DNA of 64,000 nt. It comes from Candidatus Liptonbacteria bacterium (GTDB lineage Bacteria; Patescibacteriota; Minisyncoccia; UBA6257; JACOXY01). Location of the stretch: contig JACOXY010000011.1 in the NCBI GenBank assembly GCA_016182095.1, positions 67,794-131,793 on the forward strand, given 5' to 3'. Of the stretch, positions 48,131-58,172 are shown in pieces. The notes below the pieces were generated by a model that worked only from the letters and a program-made list of their open reading frames with translations, did no database searches and was not told the DNA's origin. Position 1 is the first letter of the stretch; each line of letters opens with the position of its first letter. The position numbers and the translations under genes were made by a program.

Positions 48131-48275
48131 AGTATTAAATTGCTCATTTTAGGACTTCCGATGCCTCAAATATTATCTTAAGTTTTTGGACATCGGAAGT
48201 CCAGAAATTATTTTGCCTCGCCCCTCCAGCAATGGAGAAGCGAGGCATCGGCCGGATCATCTGTTTTAATATGCG

Positions 48276-48674
48276 CTATAATCTACCCTTAACTGTCCGA
48301 GGGCGAATCGCAAACTGAATTACATTCCCGCTTTTTGGCAGGGGAAGGTCGGCGATATCGACTTTTCTCATTGCATTATAAAAAATTAGATACTGCCGCG
48401 GATCGCGACTGTTGCGCAGAAGCCGCAAACGCAAATGTTTGGGGCTAACTCCTAAATCAATTTTGAAGTCGTGGTAGTCCAGAATCCAGGCCGTGGCAAA
48501 AGCCAACTGATCGTCATTCTCCACAATTTTTAAATAATTAAGCATGGCCATTGCGCCTTCCCTTGAAACGAGCCCTTGAGCAGAAGATGGTAGGGCATCG
48601 CCCAATTCCGTGGAGGCAACGCCTGCGTGAACTGTCCTATTCAGTTCTCTAAGATGGACTTTTTTAAATAACAC
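48276..48674 (-). CDS. hypothetical protein
   Basis: No recognised motifs. Confidence 0.3.
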   Translation of the reverse strand: MLFKKVHLRELNRTVHAGVASTELGDALPSSAQGLVSREGAMAMLNYLKIVENDDQLAFATAWILDYHDFKIDLGVSPKHLRLRLLRNSRDPRQYLIFYNAMRKVDIADLPLPKSGNVIQFAIRPRTVKGRL

Positions 48675-48817
48675 CCCTTACTCCGTTTTATTAAAATGAC
48701 TCGCTACAACCAGTAATTCATTTTTATCCTCAGTTGTCAAGCGCTTCTACGAGGACGGGCCTCGTAGAGACCTAAACACAACAACAAATCCCGCAGAAAG
48801 GCGGGGTTTAATTTGGG

Positions 48818-48850
48818 TTTGATTTATGTTCGTATCTCACACTCCTATAT
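48818..48850. repeat. third copy of the ttcgtatctcacactcctat repeat
   Basis: tttgatttatgttcgtatctcacactcctatat. Confidence 0.5.
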
Positions 48851-49177
48851 CGCCGTGAAAAGATTTGAGCATACCCAGCCGCCATACTTCATATCAAGCA
48901 AAAACTGCTTTGTATCACGGTTGTCAAAATCAAAATAATCTTTATCTTTCTCTTCTTGTATTTTGCCACCAAGAAAAATGCCGTCTGTAAAGAGAAGTTT
49001 TAGCGAGCTGCCTGTATAGCAGCTATTTTTGTCTCTATAGGGCGCAACCGGTAAAATTTTCACGCACTCATAGGCAGCTTCCACTTGAGGAACTTTAGGA
49101 AAATTTATTTGTCTGTAAACAAAATAGGAAGTGAGAAGTAAAAAAATTAAGAGCAGCATCCGCAAGCGGAACCTCAA
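48845..49177 (-). CDS. hypothetical secreted or membrane-anchored protein
   Basis: N-terminal hydrophobic signal. Confidence 0.3.
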   Translation of the reverse strand: MRFRLRMLLLIFLLLTSYFVYRQINFPKVPQVEAAYECVKILPVAPYRDKNSCYTGSSLKLLFTDGIFLGGKIQEEKDKDYFDFDNRDTKQFLLDMKYGGWVCSNLFTAI

Positions 49178-49488
49178 GTTAGACTCCTTTTATTTGACTC
49201 TTGTTTAAGTATGGCACATAACCCAATATCACCAAAACTAAAAAAGAGGCCGCGTGGCCCCTCATATCAGCTCAAGAAAATACACCCCCACAAATGCAAA
49301 GAAGACATAATTACAGCAATCATCAAAAACAAGCCAAAACTTACAAAAAACCAGGCCAGCAATGTTGATCCCTGATCCCGCGCCCGACCATCCCATAATA
49401 TGCGCCCTGGACTGTTCTTCCCTAAAAAATAATGATAGACAATCAAGCAAGCGCCCAACAACAAAATCAATTGTAATATGATGACCAC

Positions 49489-50799
49489 CTATCTTCTCCT
49501 TGCTAACGTTAGAACTGATTTCTTTATATCTGAAGAGTTGTTTGTAGTCAAGGCCATGTACATCAGCCGCGCAATATCGCGCATTTCTTTTTCCTTCATG
49601 CCGCGAGTAGTAACTGCCGGAGTGCCCAATCGCAACCCCGACGGCTTAAGGGGTGAGGTGTCGCCAGGAACGGTATTGCGATTCGCGATGATGCCAACTT
49701 TCTCCAGTTTCTTTTCAGCTGTCGCACCATCCAAGGCAACCCTTCGACTTGGTTCGGCTACGCTCACCACAGGTCGCTCATGGTCTAATTCTGATTGCCT
49801 TAAGTCAATCAGAATTAGGTGCGTATCCGTGCCGCCCGTTACTAAATAAAAACCCAATCTTGTAAGCTCATCCGCGAGTGCTTTAGCGTTTTTTATAATC
49901 TGCGCCTGATACTTTTTGAAGCTCGGCTGGGGCGCTTCGTAAAAAGCAATGGCCTTCGCCGCCGTCACGTTATTGTGCGGGCCGCCCTGAAGCCCGGGGA
50001 AAACAGCCCTGTCAATTGCTTCGGCAATGCTCAACTTGGTGACTTCGTAAGTCCTTGAAGACTTACGAAGTCTAAGCATTGGGTCTTTGCGCGCGAATAT
50101 CACTGCGCCTCTTGGACCACGAAGTGTTTTATGCGTAGTCGTCATCACCACATCCGCGTGTGGGAAGGGCGAGGGGTGGAGATCGGCCGCGACAAGTCCG
50201 GCAATGTGCGAGATGTCAGCCACATGATAAGCGCCGACTTTTTTGGCAATTTCGCCAAATCTTTTGAAATCAATAGCTCGCGGATAGGCGGTAAAGCCGG
50301 ACACGATAATTTTTGGTTTTTCTTTTTCAGCCAGTCGCCCCACCTCATCGTAGTTAATCCAGCCGTCTTTCCCCGTTACATATTGCGCCGACCTCCAAAA
50401 CTTTCCCGTCAAAGAAACGTGGTGCCCGTGCGTTAAGTGCCCGCCGGATGAGAGGGCCATACCCATTAAGGTATCGTTAGGATTCATGAGAGCGGCATAG
50501 ACTTCAAAATTCGCCGGAGAGCCGGAATAGGGCTGGACATTCACCGCCCACTCCTCGGGGTTAAGCCCAAAAAGATTCAAGGCGCGTTCTTTGGCAAGAT
50601 TTTCAATCTCATCATAGTATTGATTCCCAGGATAGTAGCGCCTCCCCGGGTACCCTTCAGAGTATTTATTGGTGAGCTCCGAACCCAGCGCTTCCAGAAC
50701 ATCCTTTGAAACAAAATTTTCCGACGCTATCAGGTTAATCGTCTCTTTCTGCCGCTTTTGCTCCAATTTAATAAGTTTTTGAATTTTTTTATCTTTCAT
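49489..50799 (-). CDS. glyA: serine hydroxymethyltransferase
   Basis: GSELTNKYSEGYPG and TTTHKTLRGPRG PLP-lysine blocks; start taken at MKDKKIQ. Confidence 0.85.
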   Translation of the reverse strand: MKDKKIQKLIKLEQKRQKETINLIASENFVSKDVLEALGSELTNKYSEGYPGRRYYPGNQYYDEIENLAKERALNLFGLNPEEWAVNVQPYSGSPANFEVYAALMNPNDTLMGMALSSGGHLTHGHHVSLTGKFWRSAQYVTGKDGWINYDEVGRLAEKEKPKIIVSGFTAYPRAIDFKRFGEIAKKVGAYHVADISHIAGLVAADLHPSPFPHADVVMTTTHKTLRGPRGAVIFARKDPMLRLRKSSRTYEVTKLSIAEAIDRAVFPGLQGGPHNNVTAAKAIAFYEAPQPSFKKYQAQIIKNAKALADELTRLGFYLVTGGTDTHLILIDLRQSELDHERPVVSVAEPSRRVALDGATAEKKLEKVGIIANRNTVPGDTSPLKPSGLRLGTPAVTTRGMKEKEMRDIARLMYMALTTNNSSDIKKSVLTLARRR

Positions 50800-50877
50800 G
50801 AGCATAATCCTCATTAACAAATAACGTCCGAATGCTCCCGATATTCGTGGCATCCGGATATAATTCGCAAATTCGAA

Positions 50878-51819
50878 TTATATTAACGACAATATAGTTT
50901 TTGCAAGCTTATCGGGGTCGTGGCGTATAAGCTCGCGATTGCGCAAAAAATCTCCGACAATGGGGGTTGGTTTTGGCGGCAAATCACCGTGGCTTATTAA
51001 AAGCGATTTTTCTTCCGCGTATTTTTTGAGTCTTGCAAGCGAGGGCATCTTATTATTTATAATCACATAATCAAGAGACTCTCCGCCGATGGCATCGCTA
51101 ATCACTTTTATAAAATCTTCGGCGCTAAACCCGTTAGTCTCGCCGAATTTGGTCATCAAATTTACAATATAAATTTTCTTGGCTTTTGACGCCCGAAGCG
51201 CCTCTTTCATTCCGGCAACCAGCAAGTTGGGCATAATGCTTGTGAATAAATCACCGGGTCCGATAATTACCGCGCGAGCGTCTAAAATGGCTTTTTTGGC
51301 TTTGGGGTTAATTTGGGCGCCGGGCCTAAGCCAAACCTTTTTAATTTTTAGCCGCCCATCATGGTTTGGTATGTCAATGTTTGTTTCGCCCTTAATAAGG
51401 GTGCCATCCTCCAATGAGGCGTAAAGTTTTGAATTATTCAGTGTTACGGGAATCACCCTCCCGTCAACCGACAAAATTTTAGAAGCTTCGTGAATCGCGC
51501 TCGCAAAGTCACCGGTAATTCGCTCTAAGGCCGTTATCATCAGGTTGCCAAAGTTGTGCCCGGTAAGTCCCGCGCCTTTATTGAAGCGAAAATTAAAAAG
51601 ATCCGAGAGGATTTTGTTATCGGATCTGGATAGCGCCACCAGTGCGCGCCGGATATCGCCGGGCGGCAAAATGCCAAATTCTTCCCGCAAAATTCCGGTA
51701 GAGCCGCCATCGTCGGACATATTAACCACAGCAGCCAGATCAGTACTGTAATTTTTGAGTCCGGATAACACGGTAAAGACCCCGGTGCCGCCGCCTATTA
51801 CAACGATTTTCTTTTTCAT
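50878..51819 (-). CDS. YvcK/CofD-family (UPF0052) protein
   Basis: VVIGGGTG and GPGDLFTSIMPNLLV blocks. Confidence 0.65.
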   Translation of the reverse strand: MKKKIVVIGGGTGVFTVLSGLKNYSTDLAAVVNMSDDGGSTGILREEFGILPPGDIRRALVALSRSDNKILSDLFNFRFNKGAGLTGHNFGNLMITALERITGDFASAIHEASKILSVDGRVIPVTLNNSKLYASLEDGTLIKGETNIDIPNHDGRLKIKKVWLRPGAQINPKAKKAILDARAVIIGPGDLFTSIMPNLLVAGMKEALRASKAKKIYIVNLMTKFGETNGFSAEDFIKVISDAIGGESLDYVIINNKMPSLARLKKYAEEKSLLISHGDLPPKPTPIVGDFLRNRELIRHDPDKLAKTILSLI

Positions 51820-52051
51820 TCCGTTAGAAGCAGGCCACGCTTGCGTGACCGTGCAAATTTAGTTAAATAGTAAAAGTTTTTTAATCCTGTTAAATCTCGT
51901 TCGATAATAAACTCTATTGAGTTGCTTCTGTCTGGATTCGTCACTACCAGTATAATCGCGTTTTATTAATTTTGCGAGCCGCTTCCCGCTCCAAGTTGCA
52001 GGTCGAGCAACGAAAAAGGCCGCGTGAGTACGCAGCCACAAGTTTCAATTT

Positions 52052-52496
52052 TTATAAAATCCTGAGTTTTTCAAACCAATATTTCCACACTGGCTCCATA
52101 GTCAGATGCTTCATTTCACTGGGCGCATACCACCCAATAGCTTTTGCCGCTTCAGCATTTTTAAGTACCACACCTTCGGCTTCTACCGAATACAGATACC
52201 AATAATGAGACGAGACGCCTACCCTGCATAAGTTCCAAGCATAAGTTCCAAGGAACCTCTTCTCCAAATAAAAAAGCAATTCTCTGTATCTTTAGGCCAC
52301 TTTCTTCGCAAATCTTGCGGCAAAGCGCCCCCTCCACAGTTTCATCATCACCAATATGACCAGCAACCGCAGCAAAACCAAACGGTTCCATGTCTCTATC
52401 CATTAAAAGATACTTCCCATTTCTCATAATTACAGCGCCAACCGAATAATGCATCGGTTCGCCTTTTTGATTTCGTGTTAGCTTTGGTTCAGCCAT
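52052..52496 (-). pseudogene. NUDIX hydrolase gene disrupted by a 13-bp tandem duplication
   Basis: Nudix box GHIGDDETVEGALCRKICEESGL in the upstream ORF; the C-terminus continues in the other frame; gcataagttccaa is duplicated at 52225-52250. Confidence 0.5.
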
Positions 52497-52506
52497 TATC
52501 TTCTTC

Positions 52507-53184
52507 TTACTTTTTCTTCAGAACAAGTTTGTATGGCAGAATATCAACATTTAGCGTTTCCGGAGTGCGTTCAAGGGGAATTTCTAAATAACCAATATGC
52601 TTGTCGTCTTCATCAACGAGTTCGACTGGTCGACTATAGAAAGGAGTGGTATAGCAATGACCACTTTTCAAAATCTGCGCGATTTCATAAGAACGGTTTA
52701 CCTCCCACTTATATTCATCTTTGATGTCTCGGAAAACGCCATCTAGTCCGATATTATAAGCTTCGACGCTATTTTCCGCGGCTCGTAAAGCTGAAACAGT
52801 TTCGGCATAAAGCCAATAGCGCAATTCGTTTTTCTTCTCCCAGTCTCCCCTCTCAACTTTAAATTGTGGAACTAGCTGGATAAAGCGCGTGATCGCATAG
52901 TTGAACTCTCCAAGATAAGCTCCTTCATAGCCATATTTAGCACCAGTTTCATAGATCGCCATGGCGAGATGCCATTCCGGTTCAACACCAACCAAGTTTG
53001 GGTCCGCGAGTATATCTCTTAAATTACCGGCAACCCCGACAAAAACCCGACCATAAATCTTGCGCAAAGAAAAGTTGTTTGTTATTTCTGCCGCGACACT
53101 TCTTGCAAGCGGCTCAAGGGCTGCATCAATAACTTCTCTATCGGTTGACTTGCCGTCAGTCTTCTTGCTTGGAACGTAAGGCAT
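52507..53184 (-). CDS. hypothetical protein
   Basis: No recognised motifs. Confidence 0.3.
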   Translation of the reverse strand: MPYVPSKKTDGKSTDREVIDAALEPLARSVAAEITNNFSLRKIYGRVFVGVAGNLRDILADPNLVGVEPEWHLAMAIYETGAKYGYEGAYLGEFNYAITRFIQLVPQFKVERGDWEKKNELRYWLYAETVSALRAAENSVEAYNIGLDGVFRDIKDEYKWEVNRSYEIAQILKSGHCYTTPFYSRPVELVDEDDKHIGYLEIPLERTPETLNVDILPYKLVLKKK

Positions 53185-53545
53185 CTGCTTTCCTTTTTAT
53201 TTTTAACACTTCAAATTCTGATAAAAACTTAACATGGAACAAAAAAAAAGGCAAGTCTTGCAAAAACCCCTCACATATTGCGCAGCAACATTACGACATT
53301 CGCAATAATATTGGAATGTTGTTTAGAATACCCACGCACCTATTTCATATTTCATCTTCTACTTTGCTTGGTTTTGAGTGCGAAAGCGCCTGCGGCTTTA
53401 GCATTGCTAAAATAATATTTTACATCAAATAAGTGCGGGGTTCTGTTGCTTACAACTATATTTTGTTTATAAAAGCTCCAAAATATAGGTCAAGCAACGA
53501 AAAAAGAAGCCCTGTGCGGCTTCTTTGGCAAACGAATAACGAATT

Positions 53546-54244
53546 TTATACAACTCCCTTGCATTCACAAACATCTTTGTGGCACTTTTCACATTCATAT
53601 GGATATAAATTCCAGACCGCGCCCTCAACGCTAATTTCAAGGCGGGTCGCCAGAGCAAAAATCCATGAAGCAACATCCGCCATCTCATTGCATATGCCGC
53701 TCCAATTCCCATGCCGGTCTTCCTCACTTATTTCTCCCCACTCTTCAGAAACATGGGCGGCAATTTGGATGGGCATAATTCGAGCATTCTGCTGCTTATA
53801 CAGTCTGGCATGAAGAGATTGATGATCTGAAATAGAGAATGGTTCACGATTTGCATGATCGCGTCGCAGTCTGCGAAGTATGCTCTCTTTTTCTTCTTTG
53901 GAAATATCCGGATGTTCAACTCCACAGGTGCAATTTTGCTCGCGAAGGCAATGGCCACAGACGCCCGGGTATTTATGCCAAAGCGCCTCTTGCAAAACAA
54001 TTCTTTTTCTGCTTGCGAACGCGTTCCACCATGAGTAAATTCTTGGAAGCTGTGCCAAAAAATCTCTTCGATAATCTTTCCGCGCAATTTCCATAAGCTT
54101 AGATATTTCTTCTCCCAGACGGCGAAACAAGGCATCATCGCTGTATTTTTTATTAACTTTGCCGTAAATATAGCCAAACATCTCCTGATAGCCGGAAAGT
54201 GTTTTCGGCCGGATAAGCGCGACCGCGGAATCTCGCTGCGTCAT
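53546..54244 (-). CDS. tandem MazG/DCTPP1-like NTP pyrophosphatase protein with CxxC clusters
   Basis: EEWGEISEE...EMADVASWIFALATRLEI...WNLYPYECEKC; an earlier repeat ends in HKYPGVCGHC. Confidence 0.4.
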   Translation of the reverse strand: MTQRDSAVALIRPKTLSGYQEMFGYIYGKVNKKYSDDALFRRLGEEISKLMEIARKDYRRDFLAQLPRIYSWWNAFASRKRIVLQEALWHKYPGVCGHCLREQNCTCGVEHPDISKEEKESILRRLRRDHANREPFSISDHQSLHARLYKQQNARIMPIQIAAHVSEEWGEISEEDRHGNWSGICNEMADVASWIFALATRLEISVEGAVWNLYPYECEKCHKDVCECKGVV

Positions 54245-54329
54245 TTCGGGGTCCTTTTTAGATTATTCTACCCTTTTTATACCTTAATATAATCAAAAAA
54301 ACAACCAATAAGACTGTTTTTTATTTGGG

Positions 54330-54402
54330 GGTGCCCAACGAGGATCGAACTCGTATCAGGAGTTCCACAAACTCCGGTGTTAACCATTACACCATGGGCA
54401 CC
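54330..54402 (-). tRNA. tRNA-His (GUG)
   Basis: Extra 5' G; anticodon loop TTGTGGA; T arm CGAG-TTCGATC-CTCG. Confidence 0.7.
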
Positions 54403-54503
54403 ATATTTTTCTTTATCCTCTCATAACATAACTATACTTGCAAACCCAACGCTCTGTGACAGAACGTCGGGTTTGCACAAGAAAAAATCCGTATCCCAGG
54501 TTT

Positions 54504-54839
54504 TTAAACTGAAAACGAAGTGCCGCAGCCACAGGAGCTTTTGGCGTTAGGATTATGGAATATGAAGCTACTTTGAGCTATGGTGGATTTGAAATCTATC
54601 TCGCACCCCATGAGGTATACAAAACTTTTACGGTCAATCACGAGATGAACCTCTCCGCCAGTTGAAAGCGTATATTTCCCCACCCGGTCGTGTGGATTTG
54701 CGGCATCCGCGGTTTCCATATGATATGAAAGCCCGGAACATCCCCCTCCCACTATCTTAATCCGCATGAATTGTTTTTGTTCTCTTGTCAGAACTTCTTT
54801 GATTTTTTGCAAAGCCGCTTCGGTTACTACCAATGACAT
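54504..54839 (-). CDS. HesB/IscA-family Fe-S assembly protein
   Basis: C-terminal CGCGTSF. Confidence 0.7.
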   Translation of the reverse strand: MSLVVTEAALQKIKEVLTREQKQFMRIKIVGGGCSGLSYHMETADAANPHDRVGKYTLSTGGEVHLVIDRKSFVYLMGCEIDFKSTIAQSSFIFHNPNAKSSCGCGTSFSV

Positions 54840-54868
54840 TTGACGCTCCTCTTTTTTACATGAGCCTC

Positions 54869-55267
54869 TTATAGCATAAAAGAATTCGGCAAATAAGCAA
54901 AGAAGTGACGATATGCTATCGCGAAAAACACACAGCCGGCAAATATCACCGCGATCAAAACCGCGCTCGCGGTAATATCTTTACTAATCCTAATTAACTC
55001 GTGGCGTTCCGGATGGATGCGCTCCAGAGCCCGCTCAAAGGCAGTATTAATAAGTTCAGTTATAAAAATTAACGCGAGCGAGAGCGCCAAAAATAAAATC
55101 TCATAATTTTCCAAAGGCCAAAAAAAATATCCAAATATGGGAATAATGGGGCTTGCCCACATCTCCATGCGAAAACTTTGGTCATGCTTGTAGGCAAGCC
55201 GAAGACCGCGAAAAGCATTCATAAAACTATTTATAATTTTTTTAAACATAAAATAATTATGCAACAT
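54869..55267 (-). CDS. diacylglycerol/undecaprenol kinase (DgkA family)
   Basis: 3 TM helices; ELINTAFERALERIHPERHELIRISKD. Confidence 0.5.
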   Translation of the reverse strand: MLHNYFMFKKIINSFMNAFRGLRLAYKHDQSFRMEMWASPIIPIFGYFFWPLENYEILFLALSLALIFITELINTAFERALERIHPERHELIRISKDITASAVLIAVIFAGCVFFAIAYRHFFAYLPNSFML

Positions 55268-55340
55268 AAAATCAGCTTTATAAAGCTGATTTTATGTTGG
55301 GCATACCGCCCAAAGTTGCCTGCACTAAACTAGCCGAAGT

Positions 55341-55411
55341 GTGCCGCAGGGCAGAATCGAACTGCCTTCAATCGCTCTTCAGGCGAGTGCTTTACCATTA
55401 AGCTACTGCGG
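55341..55411 (-). tRNA. tRNA-Phe (GAA)
   Basis: Acceptor GCCGCAG/CTGCGGC; anticodon loop CTGAAGA; T arm GGCAG-TTCGATT-CTGCC. Confidence 0.7.
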
Positions 55412-55541
55412 CATATTAAATTGTTGAGTGTATCCTACACTAATTTTTTAAATCCTTCAATACTTTGTACTTTACAAAAAATTTTTAGGTGATACGCTAC
55501 GGATAGTTAATTGAATTGAAAAAAACAATAGGGGTTTTCGG

Positions 55542-56363
55542 ATGAAGTCATTGACAACGCTAATCTGCGCAATGGTTATCATGGTTTTCGCAAGTAGCGC
55601 TTCCGCCTACTACGAGTCAGAACAGTGCCACGGTGATTTTGAAGTTCTTTTGAAGCAGGGGCTCGACAGGGTGGCGTGGATTGAACCAAAAGAACTTTTC
55701 GCGCTTAAAACAGAAATCCAGAAAATCAGCACTGTTGAGGGAAGTCGTACGGCGATAGTTTTGTATGGCAAAACCATTCCGGCGGCTTATCTAATTGGAT
55801 GGAATGTGTTAAGCGGCGAAGAACCGAATAAATATGTGACACCAGAAGCTCGGGCTGTGTTCCAAAAAACAGCTTATCAAAAAATTACGCGCGTCATTTG
55901 TCCGCAACACCGAACGGGTTGGGATTTGAAGGGGTTATCTTCCACAATACAAGAGGTAGCTTTTTGGTGGGGACTCTATCAAGATACGGAATATTCTCTT
56001 GCCTTTAACAAAGCCCTAAAGAAAAGATTTGACGAGTTGTGGAACCCGTTTTTCAAAAGCTATAGTGAAGAGAAAAAGCAATGGCCATACACAATAGCGA
56101 ACTCATTGGGTGTATATACTGACACTACTTTTACAGTCTTAAAAATTTCCATTTACATCAACGTTGCCCTTTGGGATGGCGATGGCGCAACTTATGAGCC
56201 GACCTTCACCGAACTTCAGGGGCGCAAAACTTATCTAAAAGAATTTCATTTTACGAAAAATATCTCTGGCGACAGAAGAAAATTAAGAGAAGCGCTTGAC
56301 GAGTTGGGCGCGAAATACGCCGATACAATTTTTGAAACTTTCAAAAACGAACTTACAAAATAA
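55542..56363 (+). CDS. hypothetical secreted protein
   Basis: Signal peptide ending ASSASA. Confidence 0.35.
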   Translation: MKSLTTLICAMVIMVFASSASAYYESEQCHGDFEVLLKQGLDRVAWIEPKELFALKTEIQKISTVEGSRTAIVLYGKTIPAAYLIGWNVLSGEEPNKYVTPEARAVFQKTAYQKITRVICPQHRTGWDLKGLSSTIQEVAFWWGLYQDTEYSLAFNKALKKRFDELWNPFFKSYSEEKKQWPYTIANSLGVYTDTTFTVLKISIYINVALWDGDGATYEPTFTELQGRKTYLKEFHFTKNISGDRRKLREALDELGAKYADTIFETFKNELTK

Positions 56364-56389
56364 GCGCTCCAGCGCTTATTTTTTGACTT

Positions 56390-57572
56390 GTGTCCAGTAT
56401 TCTTGAAATAGTGCGAACCGTTTTCGCCGCCTGCGGCGGCGAGGAAAGCCCCCCGCGAAAAATCCGAAAGGCAGCGGAGCCGCACCGATGACAATTTCAA
56501 GTTTTTCTTTGGCGGCAATTTAATTATGAATTTAATTCAATTAAAAATCAAACATAATAAAAAGAAAAAACCCGCTAGGTCCGAAGACATAGCGGGAAGC
56601 AGTTGGTCTGCTCAGTCCTTGCTACTTGGCACCGTTCAAGCTGTGCCGGAGTTCACGCACCCACTCGCTTCTCTCGCGAGCACGCCGCACTTCGGCGTTG
56701 TGCTCCTTGGTGTGGTATGCAATGTCTCGCCGTGCGTTCTTGACGAGCTGGGTACGGTACTGCTTGCCCGAGAGCCGCTGTGGCATCGTAGGTGTGTGCA
56801 GGCAGTCGAACTCGACGCTTTCCGCGAGCTGATCGATCATGAAGCTCTTGAGGCCTTCGTGATCTTTGGTGGGCGGAACCCACTTTCCCGCTTGCTTGAG
56901 CATGGCGATGTAAGCTCGCCCGGTCTTCTCGTTCTTCTCGCCATACTTCTTGCTCGAGCGAACTTCGTCATCGAAGGCCTTCTTGGCCTCTCTCTCCGCC
57001 CGTGCGTTACTCCACTTTTCGACTTCGGCGAGACGCTTCTTGGCCGTCTCGATTGCGTCGAGGTGGTAGTTGCTGGGTCGGAATTCATCGGGGATTGGCG
57101 CATCGAGCGAATCGTCGCGCATCTCGATGAGAGCGCCGAAGGCGCGAGCGCACTTCATGGCGAACTCCGAGAACGTTACCTGCTTCCCGTCGTTCAGGTC
57201 TGCTGTGTATCCTGTCGGCATCGGTTTCTCCTTTCCTTTCGGATGTTTGGGTTTTCAATGGGAAAACGGCCTTTTGCCGCTATCCCGAACCATTATTCCT
57301 GCTACAAGTATAGCAATATTTATATGGAATGTCAAGAGCAAACAAAAAATCAGCATTTCTGCTGTTTTTCTGGTTTAAATCTTATGTATTTTACGATTAA
57401 AAATTTTTCCGTTCCCCAAATTCAAAATATGGTTCGCGCCGATATTTTTCTTCGGGTTCTTCTGCGGTTTTTATCGGTGTGGCTCCACCGCCTTTCGGAT
57501 TTTTCGCGGGGGGCTTTCCTCGCCGCCGCAGGCGGCGAAAACGGTTCGCACTATTTCAAGAATACTGGACAC
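56390..57572. mobile_element. GC-rich element of about 1.2 kb bounded by ~85-100 bp terminal inverted repeats
   Basis: Left TIR gtgtccagtattcttgaaatagtgcgaaccgttttcgccgcctgcggcggcgaggaaagccccccgcg...; right TIR is its reverse complement at 57490-57572; the interior is visibly GC-richer than the host. Confidence 0.45.
56622..57221 (-). CDS. hypothetical protein carried by the TIR element
   Basis: 199 aa, K/E/A/R-rich with normal composition; the overlapping + frame is L/R-rich antisense. Confidence 0.35.
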   Translation of the reverse strand: MPTGYTADLNDGKQVTFSEFAMKCARAFGALIEMRDDSLDAPIPDEFRPSNYHLDAIETAKKRLAEVEKWSNARAEREAKKAFDDEVRSSKKYGEKNEKTGRAYIAMLKQAGKWVPPTKDHEGLKSFMIDQLAESVEFDCLHTPTMPQRLSGKQYRTQLVKNARRDIAYHTKEHNAEVRRARERSEWVRELRHSLNGAK

Positions 57573-57576
57573 CTTA

Positions 57577-58015
57577 GGAAAAGGCAAGCTAGAGGAAGCC
57601 GCCTCGCTTCGCTCGGCGGCCATTTCGTATTGAATTTTGGGGGCAAAAACGAATTGGCGGTTTCGTTTGGGGGACGGAAAAATTTTTAATCAATTTTAGT
57701 TCAACAAAACTATGCGTTATGTAATCTATGCTCGCAAATCAACGGAAGATGACGACAGGCAAGTGCTTTCGATTGAAGCTCAACTCGTTGAGCTTTCTGA
57801 ATTTGCCGCCAAAGAAAAACTTGAAATTGTCGCCTCTTTTCAAGAGGCAAAAACTGCAAAAGAACCCGAAGAAAAACATCGGCGCGAACCATATTTTGCG
57901 AAACCGCCAATTCGTTTTTGCCCCCAAAATTCAATACGAAATGGCCGCCGAGCGAAGCGAGGCGGCTTCGAAATGGCCGCCGAGCGAAGCGAGGCGGCTT
58001 CCTCTAGCTTGCGTT
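57577..58015. mobile_element. second TIR-bounded remnant holding a truncated serine-recombinase N-terminus
   Basis: TIRs gaggaagccgcctcgcttcgctcggcggccatttcgtattgaattttgggggcaaaaacgaattggcggtttcg with its reverse complement at 57903-58015 (32-bp tandem duplication on the right). The internal ORF opens MRYVIYARKSTEDDDRQVLSIEAQ (resolvase-like) and is cut after about 55 aa. Confidence 0.45.
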
Positions 58016-58026
58016 TTTCTAAAGTG

Positions 58027-58098
58027 TCCCCTCGGAGGGAATCGAACCCCCATTAAAAGGTTAGAAACCTTCCGTTCTATCCGTTGAACTACGAGGGG
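58027..58098 (-). tRNA. second tRNA-Arg (UCU) copy
   Basis: Acceptor CCCCTCG/CGAGGGG; anticodon stem GAAGG/CCTTT with loop TTTCTAA; T arm GGGGG-TTCGATT-CCCTC. Confidence 0.5.
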
Positions 58099-58172
58099 TG
58101 GTCGGAGCGCCGAGAATCGAACTCGGACCTTATGCTCCCAAAGCATATATACTACCACTATACTACGCTCCG
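58099..58172 (-). tRNA. tRNA-Pro (UGG) with encoded CCA
   Basis: Acceptor CGGAGCG/CGCTCCG; anticodon stem TATGC/GCATA with loop TTTGGGA; ends ACCA; abuts tRNA-Arg with no spacer. Confidence 0.6.

Noticed and set aside
56526-57689. 387-aa + strand ORF spanning the TIR element
   Set aside because: Its L/R/G-rich translation looks like the antisense of the GC-rich 199-aa gene, and it runs through both inverted repeats. Treated as spurious.
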